64,000 bases of DNA. Source: Thermoplasmata archaeon. GTDB taxonomy: Archaea > Thermoplasmatota > Thermoplasmata > RBG-16-68-12. The position numbers and the translations under genes are program-made. The notes under the pieces were generated by a model. It was not told the DNA's origin, did not search any database, and saw only the letters and a list, made by a program, of their open reading frames with translations. The stretch is from assembly GCA_036395115.1 (NCBI GenBank), contig DASWDU010000011.1:549-64548 (forward strand). Direction: 5' to 3'. Of this stretch, positions 1-9,939 are shown one piece after another. Position 1 is the stretch's first letter. Each line of letters begins with the position of its first letter.

Positions 1-1
1 C

Positions 2-718
2 CGGTTCAACGTGCAGATGATCCCCCAGGCCGCGATTGACATGTACTGGCTCCTCGCCGCGGTGGGCGTGATCTCGATCCTGTACGGCGCCGTCGTGTGC
101 CTCGCGCAGGACGACCTCAAGCGCATGGTCGCGTTCTCGAGCGTCAGCCACATGGGGTTTGTGACCCTCGGGATCGCCGCCGGAGTGTACGGCTACACGC
201 AGGTCGGGCTGAGACCCGGGGCCGTGCTCGGCTTCAGCGGCGCGATCTTCCAGATGTTCGCGCACGGGCTCGTGGCCGCCGCCCTGTTCATGGTCGCGGG
301 CTCGCTCGGCCACTCCCTCGGCACGCGGAACATCTCCGAGCTCGGCGGGATCGCGAAGAAGGTCCCGCGCCTGGCGACGTTCATGATGATCTCGTTCCTG
401 GCGTCCCTCGGGCTCCCCGGCCTCGTCGGGTTCGTCGCGGAGTTCTCCGTCTTCCTCGGGGTCTACGCCGCGTTCGGCCTGTGGGTCTTCATCCCGATCC
501 TGACCGTCATCCTGACGGCGGCGTATTTCATCTGGGCGATGCAACGCTCGATCTTCGGGCCGCTGAACCCGAAGTGGGAGGGCGCGAAGGACCTCCACCG
601 CTTCGAGGTCGCGCCGCTCGCCGTCCTCGCGGCATCGTTCGCGGTGTTCGGCATCGTGCCGGTGCTCCTTCTGGACCTCCTCTCGACGTGGTCGAGCGGC
701 ATCCTCGGAGGGCTGTGA
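2..718 (+). CDS. nuoM: NADH-quinone oxidoreductase (complex I-like) subunit M, 5'-truncated by window edge
   Basis: Hydrophobic antiporter-like subunit with QDDLKRMVAFSSVSHMG, FQMFAHG and SLGLPGLVGFVAEF motifs; directly upstream of nuoN. Confidence 0.92.
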   Translation, partial: RFNVQMIPQAAIDMYWLLAAVGVISILYGAVVCLAQDDLKRMVAFSSVSHMGFVTLGIAAGVYGYTQVGLRPGAVLGFSGAIFQMFAHGLVAAALFMVAGSLGHSLGTRNISELGGIAKKVPRLATFMMISFLASLGLPGLVGFVAEFSVFLGVYAAFGLWVFIPILTVILTAAYFIWAMQRSIFGPLNPKWEGAKDLHRFEVAPLAVLAASFAVFGIVPVLLLDLLSTWSSGILGGL

Positions 719-719
719 G

Positions 720-2291
720 GTGTCGAGCTACACGGTCTTCCTCCCGGAGGCGATCCTCGTCGTCACGGCGCTCGCCTCGGCGGTCCTAGGGTTCGCATGG
801 CGGCGCCGGCCGGAGGCGCTATGGGCACTCGCCTTGGTCGGTACCGGCCTCGCGGTGTTCATCACGCTCGACATGATGGGCCTCGGGATCACGACGGCGC
901 TGCGCGTGTCTCTGTGGCCGTCCCCCGTCGGCGCCGAAGGCGACTTCACCGCCGAGCTCAAGATGGACGTCGACCGATTCGCGCTCTTCTTCCAGGTGAT
1001 GTTCGAGTTCGTCGCCCTTCTCGCGATCCTGGCGTCCCGAGGCTTCATCCAGAAGGAGGAGCCGCACCAGGGCGAGTACTACGCGCTCATGCTCCTCGCG
1101 ATCGTCGGCATGATGTTCACCGCCGCGGCGACGGACCTGTTCGTGCTTTTCCTGGCGTTCGAGACGTCGAGCCTGAGCACGTTCGCCCTCGTCGCGTACC
1201 GGAAGCGGGACAAGCAGGCGACCGAGGCGGCGGTCAAGTTCTTCATCATCGGCGCGGTGAGTTCCGGCGTCGTCCTGTTCGGCATCTCGTTGATTTACGG
1301 GATCGCGGGCACCACGTCGATCCCGTCGACGACGGACCTGGCGCTCTTGCGGACCCACCTCGACCTGACGGCGTACCCGGCGATCGAGCCCCCGCTGATC
1401 ATCGCCCTCGTGTTCCTGATCGCGGGATTCGGGTTCAAGGTCGCCGTCGTCCCGTTCCACATGTGGGCGCCCGACGTGTACCAAGGATCGCCGACGACGA
1501 TCAGCGTCCTCCTCACGTCTGCGTCGAAGAATGTCGGGATCGTCGCCCTCTTCCGGGTGTTCCTGATCGGCCTGCTGAACGTCCAGGTCGACTGGGTCGC
1601 AACCCTCGCGATCCTCGCGATTGTGACGCAGACCGTGGGAAACGTCGTCGCGATCCCGCAGCGATCGATCAAGCGCATGCTGGCGTACTCGAGCATCGCC
1701 CAGGCCGGGTACATCCTGATCGCCCTCGCCGTCGGTGCGGTCGCCATCCAGTCGACGTCGCCGACGGACAACGCCGCGAATGTGGCCGCGTACGGCCTCG
1801 TCGGCGGTATGCTCCATGTGTTCGTCTACGCGGCGATGAAGGCGGGCTCGTTCCTCGTCGTCGCGGGCACCGAGTCGCGCGGCGTCCCGGACGACATCGA
1901 GGCGTACAAGGGCCTGAGCCGGCGGATGCCGTTCCTCGCGTTCTCGATGATGGTCTTCCTCCTGAGCCTCGCGGGCATCCCCCCGCTCGGAGGGTTCTTC
2001 TCGAAATTCGTCCTCTTCTCGAGCGCCGTCAACGCGGCGGCGTTCAACCAGTGGTACCTCGCCCTCGCCGTGTCCGGGGTCTTGAACAGCGCCCTCTCCC
2101 TGTACTACTACGCGCGGGTGATTTGGTACATGTACATCCTCGAACCGGAGGAGGGGGCGACGAAGATCTCCGCCCCGCGGTCGATCGACGCTGCAGTGTT
2201 CATCGCCCTGGCGATCGTGATACTGACCGCCATTCTCGCAGCGTTCTTCCTCAACTACCTGATCCAAGCCGCCCAGGGGTTCTTCTTCTAG
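720..2291 (+). CDS. nuoN: NADH-quinone oxidoreductase subunit N
   Basis: EAAVKFFIIGA, GFKVAVVPFHMWAPDVYQG, KRMLAYSSIAQAGY and SLAGIPPLGGFFSK motifs. Confidence 0.93.
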   Translation: MSSYTVFLPEAILVVTALASAVLGFAWRRRPEALWALALVGTGLAVFITLDMMGLGITTALRVSLWPSPVGAEGDFTAELKMDVDRFALFFQVMFEFVALLAILASRGFIQKEEPHQGEYYALMLLAIVGMMFTAAATDLFVLFLAFETSSLSTFALVAYRKRDKQATEAAVKFFIIGAVSSGVVLFGISLIYGIAGTTSIPSTTDLALLRTHLDLTAYPAIEPPLIIALVFLIAGFGFKVAVVPFHMWAPDVYQGSPTTISVLLTSASKNVGIVALFRVFLIGLLNVQVDWVATLAILAIVTQTVGNVVAIPQRSIKRMLAYSSIAQAGYILIALAVGAVAIQSTSPTDNAANVAAYGLVGGMLHVFVYAAMKAGSFLVVAGTESRGVPDDIEAYKGLSRRMPFLAFSMMVFLLSLAGIPPLGGFFSKFVLFSSAVNAAAFNQWYLALAVSGVLNSALSLYYYARVIWYMYILEPEEGATKISAPRSIDAAVFIALAIVILTAILAAFFLNYLIQAAQGFFF

Positions 2292-2356
2292 GCGTTCGAT
2301 TCGCCCGTCCCCGTGGCGAAGGATTTTATCTCAGGACCCGTCCATGAGGAAGCGCC

Positions 2357-3469
2357 ATGGCTTCGGCCTCCGCCGGATCGCGCGTCGTGTTGCACGTCGA
2401 CATGGACGCGTTCTACGCCGCCGTGGAGATTCGGGAGAATCCCGCGCTGGAGGGCAAGCCTGTCGTCGTCGGCGCGGATCCCCGCAAGCATCCGCGCGGC
2501 GTCGTCCTCACGGCGAGCTACGAGGCCCGACGCTACGGCCTGCGGTCCGCGATGTCGTGCGTGGAGGCGCTCCGCCGGTGTCCCGACGCCATCTTCGTGC
2601 CGCCGCACTTCGAGCTGTACGGCCGGGTGAGCGGCGAAATCATGGCGACCCTCCGCGGCTTCGCGGATCGTCTCGAGCCGAGCGGGATCGAGGAGGGCTA
2701 CCTCGACGTCACGAACCGGTGCGACGGGAACTTCTCCCGCGCTCAGGAGATCGCACGGGACATCAAGGCCGCGATACGGAGGGACCATCGGCTCTCCTGC
2801 TCAATCGGCATCGCGCCAACGAAGGCGCTCGCGAAGATCGCGTCGGACTTTGAGAAGCCCGACGGCCTCACGGTCGTCTCGCCCGACCACGTGGTCGAAT
2901 TCCTCGCACCGATCCCGGTCCGGAAAATTTCGGGCGTCGGCCCGAAAACCGCCGAGCGGCTGAAGGAGCTCGGGCTCGAATCGATTGGCGACGTGCAGCG
3001 GACGAACCGCCAAGACCTCGTCGAGCTCCTCGGGGCGTTCGGGGAGTACGTTTACGACGTCGCCCTCGGTCGCGACGCCGGCGAGGTGGTCGAGCCGAGC
3101 GGCCCACCGGAATCAATCAGTACGGAGACGACCTTTGCGAAAGACCTCGACTCGTATAGCACGGTCTGGCCCGAACTCGAGGCGCTCGCGAAATCGCTCC
3201 ACGAGCAGCTCCTCCTCGAGAAATACGCATACCGGACGGTCACCCTCAAGGCCCGATACTCGAACTTCGAGACGCACACTCGGTCGCGCAGCCTGAAGAT
3301 CCACACGACCGACCTGGATCCGATCTTGACCCTGAGCCAGATGATGCTCAAGGAGGTCCTCGCGCCCGACCGGAAGGTGCGCCTCATCGGCGTGCGGCTC
3401 TCGCACCTGAAGGAGCACGCGGCGCCGCAGGCCACGCTCGCGAAATGGTCGACCATTCCGCCCGATTGA
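2357..3469 (+). CDS. dinB: DNA polymerase IV (Y-family, DinB/Dbh)
   Basis: HVDMDAFYAAVE, ASYEARRYG, IEEGYLD, AKIASDFEKPDG; C-terminal PIP-like QATLAKW. Confidence 0.95.
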   Translation: MASASAGSRVVLHVDMDAFYAAVEIRENPALEGKPVVVGADPRKHPRGVVLTASYEARRYGLRSAMSCVEALRRCPDAIFVPPHFELYGRVSGEIMATLRGFADRLEPSGIEEGYLDVTNRCDGNFSRAQEIARDIKAAIRRDHRLSCSIGIAPTKALAKIASDFEKPDGLTVVSPDHVVEFLAPIPVRKISGVGPKTAERLKELGLESIGDVQRTNRQDLVELLGAFGEYVYDVALGRDAGEVVEPSGPPESISTETTFAKDLDSYSTVWPELEALAKSLHEQLLLEKYAYRTVTLKARYSNFETHTRSRSLKIHTTDLDPILTLSQMMLKEVLAPDRKVRLIGVRLSHLKEHAAPQATLAKWSTIPPD

Positions 3470-3523
3470 GCGGAAGAGCTGGTCTCGAGAAACCCGACGG
3501 ACCGGCCCGAAACCAGAGGCCGC

Positions 3524-4459
3524 CTAGACGACCTTCACGTCGAGCGCCTTCTCGAGGTTCGGCATCTTGTTCGCCACCGTGAAGAACGGAGATCCGGCGA
3601 ACAACAGCCCGACGGCGCGGCCGTCGTACCCGACGATCGTGCTCCCGGAATCTCCGCCCGCGCTGAAGGACCCGCGCTCGCCCTTGATGATCATCTGGTC
3701 CGTGAAGACGTAGGCGCCTGTCGCGTAGCCCACCCGGAGCGTCGCGCTCGCGTCCACCACCGCTCCGTTCGTGAGGCGCGTCGTGCGGCCGCTCTTCATC
3801 ACCTTCTCGTCGAGCGTCGGCTCGCGGGTCCCCCGCAATCGGCCGATGTTCAGGATGTCCGGGGTCACATCCCGCGCGTCGAACGGGGCCGCGATTGCGG
3901 CGTCCACGAGGTTCGGACCTTCCGGGTCCACCGCGACGTACGTGTCGAGGCGACCGATCACGTCGCGGTCCGTCTTGCCGCCATCGAAGGTGCCGGGCTG
4001 GAGGACCGGATCCCCTTCGACGCCGCGGTTCTCATTCGCGAGGACGTGGTTGTTCGACAAGATGAACGTCTCGCCAGCGTCCTGCACGAGGCACGACATC
4101 GTGCCGGCGGTGATGGCGTAGTGACCGATCGACAAGCCGCCCATCGCGGGACGGACCTTCCGTTGGTAGATCGGCGGGATCGGGCGCCAGATCGAGAACT
4201 CGCCCGCCTCCTCGATGTCCGTCGGCACGCCCTCGATCTCGTCCGGGATCGTCCGACCGTCCTTCACGAGGAGGGGATGGAGCTTTTGGCGGACGTAGAC
4301 CTTCACGACGAGCTCGTCCGTCGGGAAGCTGCGGACTGTGCGGTGGCCGATCCCCACCCCGACGACGTCCGGGTGGGTCGACGGCGTCAGTCCCTCCCTC
4401 TCGATCCCGAGGAGTTGGCACTCGCAGACGAGCTTCGCGTCTTCCGCGTTCGGCGTCAT
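3524..4459 (-). CDS. Chymotrypsin-like (Nal1-like) serine protease with N-terminal VVGVGIG domain
   Basis: LSNNHVL (His), DAAIA (Asp), GDSGS (Ser); start either GTG 4471 overlapping the upstream stop or ATG 4459. Confidence 0.75.
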   Translation of the reverse strand: MTPNAEDAKLVCECQLLGIEREGLTPSTHPDVVGVGIGHRTVRSFPTDELVVKVYVRQKLHPLLVKDGRTIPDEIEGVPTDIEEAGEFSIWRPIPPIYQRKVRPAMGGLSIGHYAITAGTMSCLVQDAGETFILSNNHVLANENRGVEGDPVLQPGTFDGGKTDRDVIGRLDTYVAVDPEGPNLVDAAIAAPFDARDVTPDILNIGRLRGTREPTLDEKVMKSGRTTRLTNGAVVDASATLRVGYATGAYVFTDQMIIKGERGSFSAGGDSGSTIVGYDGRAVGLLFAGSPFFTVANKMPNLEKALDVKVV

Positions 4460-4467
4460 CCCACCCT

Positions 4468-4692
4468 TCACAGGGCCTTGAAGGTCCCCGTCACCACGAC
4501 CTCGATGGGGATGTCGTCGAGCGAATCCGGGATTTGCGCTCGGATTCGAGGACTGTCCTCGTCCACGTAGATCCGGATGCAGTCCTTGCCGTCCTTACGC
4601 CCGATGCCGACCCCGACCACCCCCCGCATCTTCATGAGATGGGCCTCGTGTCGACGCTTCACTTCCTCCACGGACCCCATCGACGTCTCCAT
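4468..4692 (-). CDS. Small protein homologous to the N-terminal domain of the adjacent protease
   Basis: ~74 aa: HEAHLMKMRGVVGVGIG...IRIYV...IPDSLDDIPIEVVVTG; stop overlaps or abuts the protease start; alternative start 4680. Confidence 0.75.
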   Translation of the reverse strand: METSMGSVEEVKRRHEAHLMKMRGVVGVGIGRKDGKDCIRIYVDEDSPRIRAQIPDSLDDIPIEVVVTGTFKAL

Positions 4693-4781
4693 AGGAACGA
4701 GCGGACGATAAATCCGTCGACGGTTTTCCGGACCGAGAGGCACCGGTCGAGACCGGCAAGCCGGGAGTTCGACCGCCCGGG

Positions 4782-6176
4782 TCAGGGCGGGGGTGGCCGG
4801 ATGAAGCCGTCCTGCATCAGGAACTTCGTCTCCTCGTGCGCGCGTCGGATCAGCGCGAGGGCGCCTTCGAGGAGCTCGTCGCGGCTCTTCGTGACGCGGG
4901 CGATCCCTTGGTCGATCGCCTTCCGGCCGACGGCGGCGGCCTCCCGGGCGAAGACGTCGATCTCCTCCATGGTCGGCACGATGTGCTCCTCGTCCAGCCC
5001 GCGCTCCTCCTGGACTCTCGCGAGCTCCTCCGCCGCGGCGATGCACATCTCATCTGTAATGGTCCGCGCCCGCACGTCGAGGGTGCCGCGGAAGATGCCG
5101 GGGAAGCCGAGGCTGTTGTTCACCTGATTCGGGAAGTCGCTACGGCCCGTCGCGATCACGCGCGCACCGGCTTCCGCGGCTTCCCACGGCCAGATCTCCG
5201 GCACGGGGTTCGCAATCGCAAACAGGATTGAGTCGTCTGCCATCGACGCCACCCAGTCCTTCTGGATGACGCCGGGTCCGGGCTTTGACGCCGCGATCAC
5301 AACGTCGGCGTCGGCCATCGCCTCCGGGATGCCACCCTCGCGGCCTTCGGCGTTCGTCGTCTGGGCGAGTTCCCACTTCTCGTGGTAATCGGCCGCCGCC
5401 GCTTCGATGTCCGCGCGCCGACGACCGACGATCCCTTTCGAGTCCACGAGGATGAGGTGGCCCGGCTTCGCGCCGGCGGCGATGAGCAGCTTCGCCGTCC
5501 GGATGTTCGAGGCGCCCGCGCCGACGAGGGTGATCGTCACGTCAGCAACCTTCTTGCCCACGACCTTCAGCGCGTTGATGACGCCGGCCACGTTGATCGT
5601 CGCGGTCCCTTGTTGGTCGTCGTGCCAGACCGGGATCTCGCACTCCTTGCGCAGCCGCTCCAGGATGCCGAAACACTTCGGCTGCGCGATGTCCTCGAGG
5701 TTCACGCCACCGAACGAGGGCGTGATGAGCTTGACGGTCTCGGTGATCTTCTCCGGGTCCTTCGTCGCCAGCGGGACGGGGAACGCGTCGACGCCTCCGA
5801 GGTACTTGAACAGGAGCGCCTTGCCTTCCATGACCGGTAAGCCCGCTTCGGGACCGATGTCGCCGAGGCCGAGGACGCGCGTGCCGTCCGTGACGACGGC
5901 GACCTGGTTCCACTTGTTCGTCAGCGTCCAGACCTTCTCGGGATTCGCGTAGATGTCGAGGCACGGCTGCGCCACGCCGGGAGTGTACCAGATCGCGAAG
6001 TCGTTGAACGTCCGCACGGGGACCCGCGGGACGATCTCGATCTTGCCCTGATAGTACGGATGGTACTTCGCGGACTGCTCCTTCGGCAAGTTCGCCTTGC
6101 GGAGGTTGTCCGCCACCTCCTGTGGCGTCGGCGCCTTGACGTCCTTCGAGCGCGCGCGCTTCTTGGTCGCGACCAT
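4782..6176 (-). CDS. mae: NAD(P)-dependent malic enzyme
   Basis: YTPGVA, VTDGTRVLGLGDIGP, PVMEGKALLFK, VNLEDI, HDDQQGT, GAGAS, TGRSDFPNQVNN. Confidence 0.95.
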   Translation of the reverse strand: MVATKKRARSKDVKAPTPQEVADNLRKANLPKEQSAKYHPYYQGKIEIVPRVPVRTFNDFAIWYTPGVAQPCLDIYANPEKVWTLTNKWNQVAVVTDGTRVLGLGDIGPEAGLPVMEGKALLFKYLGGVDAFPVPLATKDPEKITETVKLITPSFGGVNLEDIAQPKCFGILERLRKECEIPVWHDDQQGTATINVAGVINALKVVGKKVADVTITLVGAGASNIRTAKLLIAAGAKPGHLILVDSKGIVGRRRADIEAAAADYHEKWELAQTTNAEGREGGIPEAMADADVVIAASKPGPGVIQKDWVASMADDSILFAIANPVPEIWPWEAAEAGARVIATGRSDFPNQVNNSLGFPGIFRGTLDVRARTITDEMCIAAAEELARVQEERGLDEEHIVPTMEEIDVFAREAAAVGRKAIDQGIARVTKSRDELLEGALALIRRAHEETKFLMQDGFIRPPPP

Positions 6177-6318
6177 GGGAACACGAGAACGGGCGGCCGA
6201 TGAGCAGAACGAAGTCGGATAAACCTTTGGTCCTCGGATGAAGGTCCGCGCCTGATCCGCGGAGTTCGTGCGTTCTTCCGATCCTCGCACGAAGCTTTTT
6301 CTGAATCGGTGGATTCCG

Positions 6319-7059
6319 ATGGACGTGCTCCTCACGGTGGTGGACAAGGCGGGCGGGGGAGGGGTGCGGGAGGTCCGAGAGGCGTTCGAAACGGTCGAGC
6401 GCGGGTACGCGGAAGAAGGCTTGCGGCTGCGGTCGCCGGTCTCCGCCGAAATCGTCTCCATGCCGATCATGGGCGCCTCGAAATCCCTGAGCGACCGACA
6501 CACGCTCTTCGTCTCCGTGCGGGCGGTGCAATCGGGGACACTTGACGGCCTCGTCGCCCACGAGATGGGCCACATGCTCCGCACGGAAGCCCGCCACGCC
6601 TCGCACGATCCGGACGTTTACGGAGCCGTCAGCCGGGAGGTGCGGATTCCCCAGGCGGGGGAGGATGCGTTCTCGCAGGCTTTCAACCACATCCAGGACA
6701 TATACGCCGACGACCTGGCGTTCCTCGTCTTCGCCTCGGACGGCGGGGACCGAGCGTACCGATTCTTTGCGGGCTGGGTCGACGGGAACGCGGGGATGCG
6801 AGGCGAAGACCGCTGGCGGAACGTCGGGCTCGCGGTGAGCAACGGGTTCTCGCTCGGCAACCTGAGGCGGCACGCGCTGATCGCCGCGGATGACCCGCTA
6901 TGGGTTCGAGCGCGGACGTTCGACCGGGAGGCCGGCTTCGTCACGGTCGACGCCCTCGCGGAGTTCTTCGCGAACCTCCCAAACGACCCTTCCGGGGCGG
7001 CGTTCCTTTTCGAGGTGCGGAGGCTTGCCAGCCTGATGACCAAGGCCGCCCAGACGTAG
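6319..7059 (+). CDS. Putative zinc metallopeptidase-like protein (DUF5781-like)
   Basis: AHEMGHMLRTEARHASH (HExxH) followed by FNHIQDIYADD. Confidence 0.6.
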   Translation: MDVLLTVVDKAGGGGVREVREAFETVERGYAEEGLRLRSPVSAEIVSMPIMGASKSLSDRHTLFVSVRAVQSGTLDGLVAHEMGHMLRTEARHASHDPDVYGAVSREVRIPQAGEDAFSQAFNHIQDIYADDLAFLVFASDGGDRAYRFFAGWVDGNAGMRGEDRWRNVGLAVSNGFSLGNLRRHALIAADDPLWVRARTFDREAGFVTVDALAEFFANLPNDPSGAAFLFEVRRLASLMTKAAQT

Positions 7060-7115
7060 GTCGGCAACGTTTAATATACGCGCGAATCTGACTCCGTATC
7101 TCTCCCGGTGAAAAC

Positions 7116-7991
7116 TTGGCCGAAGAACTCGAGACCGCGCAGATTCCCCCGCACATTATGGCGGCGATGCGCGAGCGCATGAAGATGGCGCAGCGAATGT
7201 CCCGCATCAAACACAAGATCGTCGTCATGTCAGGAAAAGGCGGTGTCGGCAAGACAACTGTTGCCGCCAATCTGGCGTGCGTCCTCGCCGAAGAAGGCGC
7301 CGTCGGCCTCGTCGACGCGGACGTCACAGGTCCCGACGTCGCGAAGATCATGGGCGTCGAAGACGCGCAGGTGAAGGCGACCGCGACGGGGCTCGAGCCG
7401 ACGATCGGCCCTGCCGGGGTGCGCGTGATCTCGATGGCCCAGCTCATCGAGCGCGACACCGCGGTCGTCTGGCGAGGGCCGCTGAAGATCAAGGCGTTGA
7501 AGCAGATGCTCTCCGACACCGAGTGGGGCGACCTCGACTATCTCGTGATCGACCTCCCACCGGGGACGAGCGACGAGCCGCTCAGCGTCGCCCAGGAGAT
7601 CCCCGACGCGGACGGCGCGGTCGTCGTGACGACGCCACAGGAGGTGTCTCTCCTCGACGTGCGTAAGTCGATCGCCTTCGCGAAAGCGGTGAAGCTGGAC
7701 ATCCTTGGAGTCATCGAGAACATGAGCGGGTTCGTGTGTCCGCACTGCGGCAAGCCGACGGACATCTTCAAGGTCGGTGGCGGCGAGGCCGCGGCAAAGG
7801 AGATGGGCCTGCCGTTCCTCGGCCGCATCCCGCTCGACCCGCGGATCGTCATCGGCGGAGACGCCGGCAAGCCGTTCGTGATCGAGCATCCGGACTCCGA
7901 GGCGGCAAAGGCGTTCCGAACGATCGTCGTGAACCTGAGGCCGCAGCTGAAGGAAGCGAAACCGCGCCCGACCGGTCCGCTCGCGCAGTGA
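7116..7991 (+). CDS. mrp: Mrp/NBP35/ApbC Fe-S cluster carrier ATPase
   Basis: SGKGGVGKT, DLPPGTSD, VTTPQ, ENMSGFVCPHCG; TATA-like TTTAATATA at ~7070. Confidence 0.93.
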   Translation: MAEELETAQIPPHIMAAMRERMKMAQRMSRIKHKIVVMSGKGGVGKTTVAANLACVLAEEGAVGLVDADVTGPDVAKIMGVEDAQVKATATGLEPTIGPAGVRVISMAQLIERDTAVVWRGPLKIKALKQMLSDTEWGDLDYLVIDLPPGTSDEPLSVAQEIPDADGAVVVTTPQEVSLLDVRKSIAFAKAVKLDILGVIENMSGFVCPHCGKPTDIFKVGGGEAAAKEMGLPFLGRIPLDPRIVIGGDAGKPFVIEHPDSEAAKAFRTIVVNLRPQLKEAKPRPTGPLAQ

Positions 7992-8012
7992 GCCAGATCA
8001 AGCCGCCGTGGC

Positions 8013-8420
8013 TCACGTCCACCGATCGACGACCGCCTCGATTTGCGCCCGCGGCAGCGCGCCCACGAGGCCCTCCACGAGCTTCCCGTCCTTGAAGAGG
8101 AGCATCGTGGGGATCGAGCCGACCTGGAACCGAGCGGGCGTCTGCGGACTCTCGTCCACGTTCAGCTTGCCGAGGCGCATTCGGCCCACTCGAGCCTTCG
8201 CGATGTCTTCGAGGACCGGCGCGACGCGGTGGCACGGCCCACACCACTCCGCCCAGAAGTCGACGAGCAGCAGCCCAGGCCTGCGGACCTCCGCCTCGAA
8301 CGTGGTGTCGGTCAAGGTGATCGGGCCGGTCCATGCCGGCGGCGCGGGCTTCGGCGCGAGTGCCGCGAGCAGCTCTTGACGCTTCCTCGCACGGATCGCC
8401 TCGAGATCGGGATCCTCCAT
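8013..8420 (-). CDS. trxA: Thioredoxin
   Basis: DFWAEWCGPC active site and SIPT cis-Pro motif. Confidence 0.95.
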   Translation of the reverse strand: MEDPDLEAIRARKRQELLAALAPKPAPPAWTGPITLTDTTFEAEVRRPGLLLVDFWAEWCGPCHRVAPVLEDIAKARVGRMRLGKLNVDESPQTPARFQVGSIPTMLLFKDGKLVEGLVGALPRAQIEAVVDRWT

Positions 8421-8464
8421 GCGGAAACCCACTTGGACGGGCGGATAAAAGCCTTTGGTCCCGC

Positions 8465-9796
8465 TCAGCGTGGGATCTTCGTGACGGAGCCGAATTCCTC
8501 CGCCATCTGACCCAGGAGCCGGAGCTCGCGCCGGACGAGCGCGATCTCGCGTTCGCCGAACGCGGTCGGGTCGAACGGGACGAGGAGGATCGCCTCCCGC
8601 ATCGCGACGGATTCGCTCAGGTCGTGCAAGAGGGCGAGGACCGAGCCGAAGTCGTTGTGCGACACGAGGTACTCGAACCCGTCGAGGAGGACGATCGGGT
8701 TCTCGCTCACCTCGATGAAATGCTCGACCGCCAACGCCACCTTCTCCGGTGGCGACGGCCGGATCGCGTTCTTCTCCGTCGCGACGCGGCTCAGCCAGAG
8801 CACGGGCGTCTTCTCGAGCCCGTATTCCGTCATGACGGACTTCGGCGAGCGACGGGTGATGCACAGGCCTTGCGCCCCGTGCGTCACGGAGTCCTTGAAG
8901 ATCTCGAACGCCTGGCCCGCGTCCCGTTCCAGGACGGCGTACGCGTGGCCTCGGTCCAACTCGTACGTCGGCTTCGTGAGCAGGTGCGCCTCCGCCTCCG
9001 GCAGGATCAGTGCCTGCAGGAACGACTTCTCGCGGACCCCGAACGCGATCAGCCCGACGAGCGCCATCTCGACGATGAACCCGGGCGCCCGCAGGTCGAT
9101 CCCGTTGTTCGGGAGAAAGATCTCGAAGAGGAGTTCGCCGACCGCAAACCCCGAGATCCCGAAGATGATGAGGAACGTGTCCCGCCGGACTTCCTGCCCG
9201 GGTTTCGTCTTACGCAGGTACGCGACGAACCGGTACGGAGCGTAAAGGATCAGCGTCGCCACCGCGAAACCGTTGATGAATAGGAAGTACGGCTCGAACG
9301 AGATCACGGTCGGGTTCGTCGAGATGACCTGGACCGGGGACACGAGGATCGTGATGATCGTGATGACCATGATGAACACGTAGAACACGTACGAGCTCGG
9401 GAACTCGTCCGTCATGTAGGCCGCGAAGTCCTTGCGCGAGCTGATCGCCGGCGTCGTCGCGACGACGATGAACGCGCCGATCGCGATCGCGAACAGGTAG
9501 TCGAACGTCGCCTGAACCCGCTTCGACAGGACGATGCCGTCTTTGAGAGACTGGATGAACTGTTGTCCCGGTTCGGTGACGTAGATCCCAATGAGGACGT
9601 TCGAGATGATCGCGCAGACCAGCAGGGAGACCGCGAACAACAGAACGTGCTTCTGGAACACCCGGTGCGTCTTCTGCCGCGCGATCGCGACGATGATGAG
9701 GATCGATAGGAATAGCGCGCTCGCGGCGCTCAGGTACGAGACGATGCTGTCGCTGGCGGCCAGGGAGAGTCCCCCGTTTCGACGCTGCACCAACAC
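8465..9796 (-). CDS. Multi-TM membrane protein with C-terminal DUF835 domain
   Basis: About 7 TM segments followed by GLCITR...PVLWLS...IVLLDGFEYLVSHNDF, typical of DUF835. Confidence 0.8.
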   Translation of the reverse strand: MLVQRRNGGLSLAASDSIVSYLSAASALFLSILIIVAIARQKTHRVFQKHVLLFAVSLLVCAIISNVLIGIYVTEPGQQFIQSLKDGIVLSKRVQATFDYLFAIAIGAFIVVATTPAISSRKDFAAYMTDEFPSSYVFYVFIMVITIITILVSPVQVISTNPTVISFEPYFLFINGFAVATLILYAPYRFVAYLRKTKPGQEVRRDTFLIIFGISGFAVGELLFEIFLPNNGIDLRAPGFIVEMALVGLIAFGVREKSFLQALILPEAEAHLLTKPTYELDRGHAYAVLERDAGQAFEIFKDSVTHGAQGLCITRRSPKSVMTEYGLEKTPVLWLSRVATEKNAIRPSPPEKVALAVEHFIEVSENPIVLLDGFEYLVSHNDFGSVLALLHDLSESVAMREAILLVPFDPTAFGEREIALVRRELRLLGQMAEEFGSVTKIPR

Positions 9797-9939
9797 GCGT
9801 CCGGCAGGCTATTTAAGCGGTCCCTAGCGGTTATCCGGAGCGATTCCAGCCGCCCCGTGTTCTCAAGAATAAGAATCGTGGCGGAGAATCAACACGGGCT
9901 CGTTCATATGCACCGTGGGCAACGACTCTCCTGAATTCG

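Noticed and set aside
4782..6584. Long N-terminal extensions in the ORF track (malic enzyme 600 aa, gcvPB 807 aa, S9 peptidase 767 aa, GGR2 678 aa, TrmB 513 aa, Trx 283 aa)
   Set aside because: The extensions run through neighbouring genes in shadow frames; family homology begins at the downstream starts used here.
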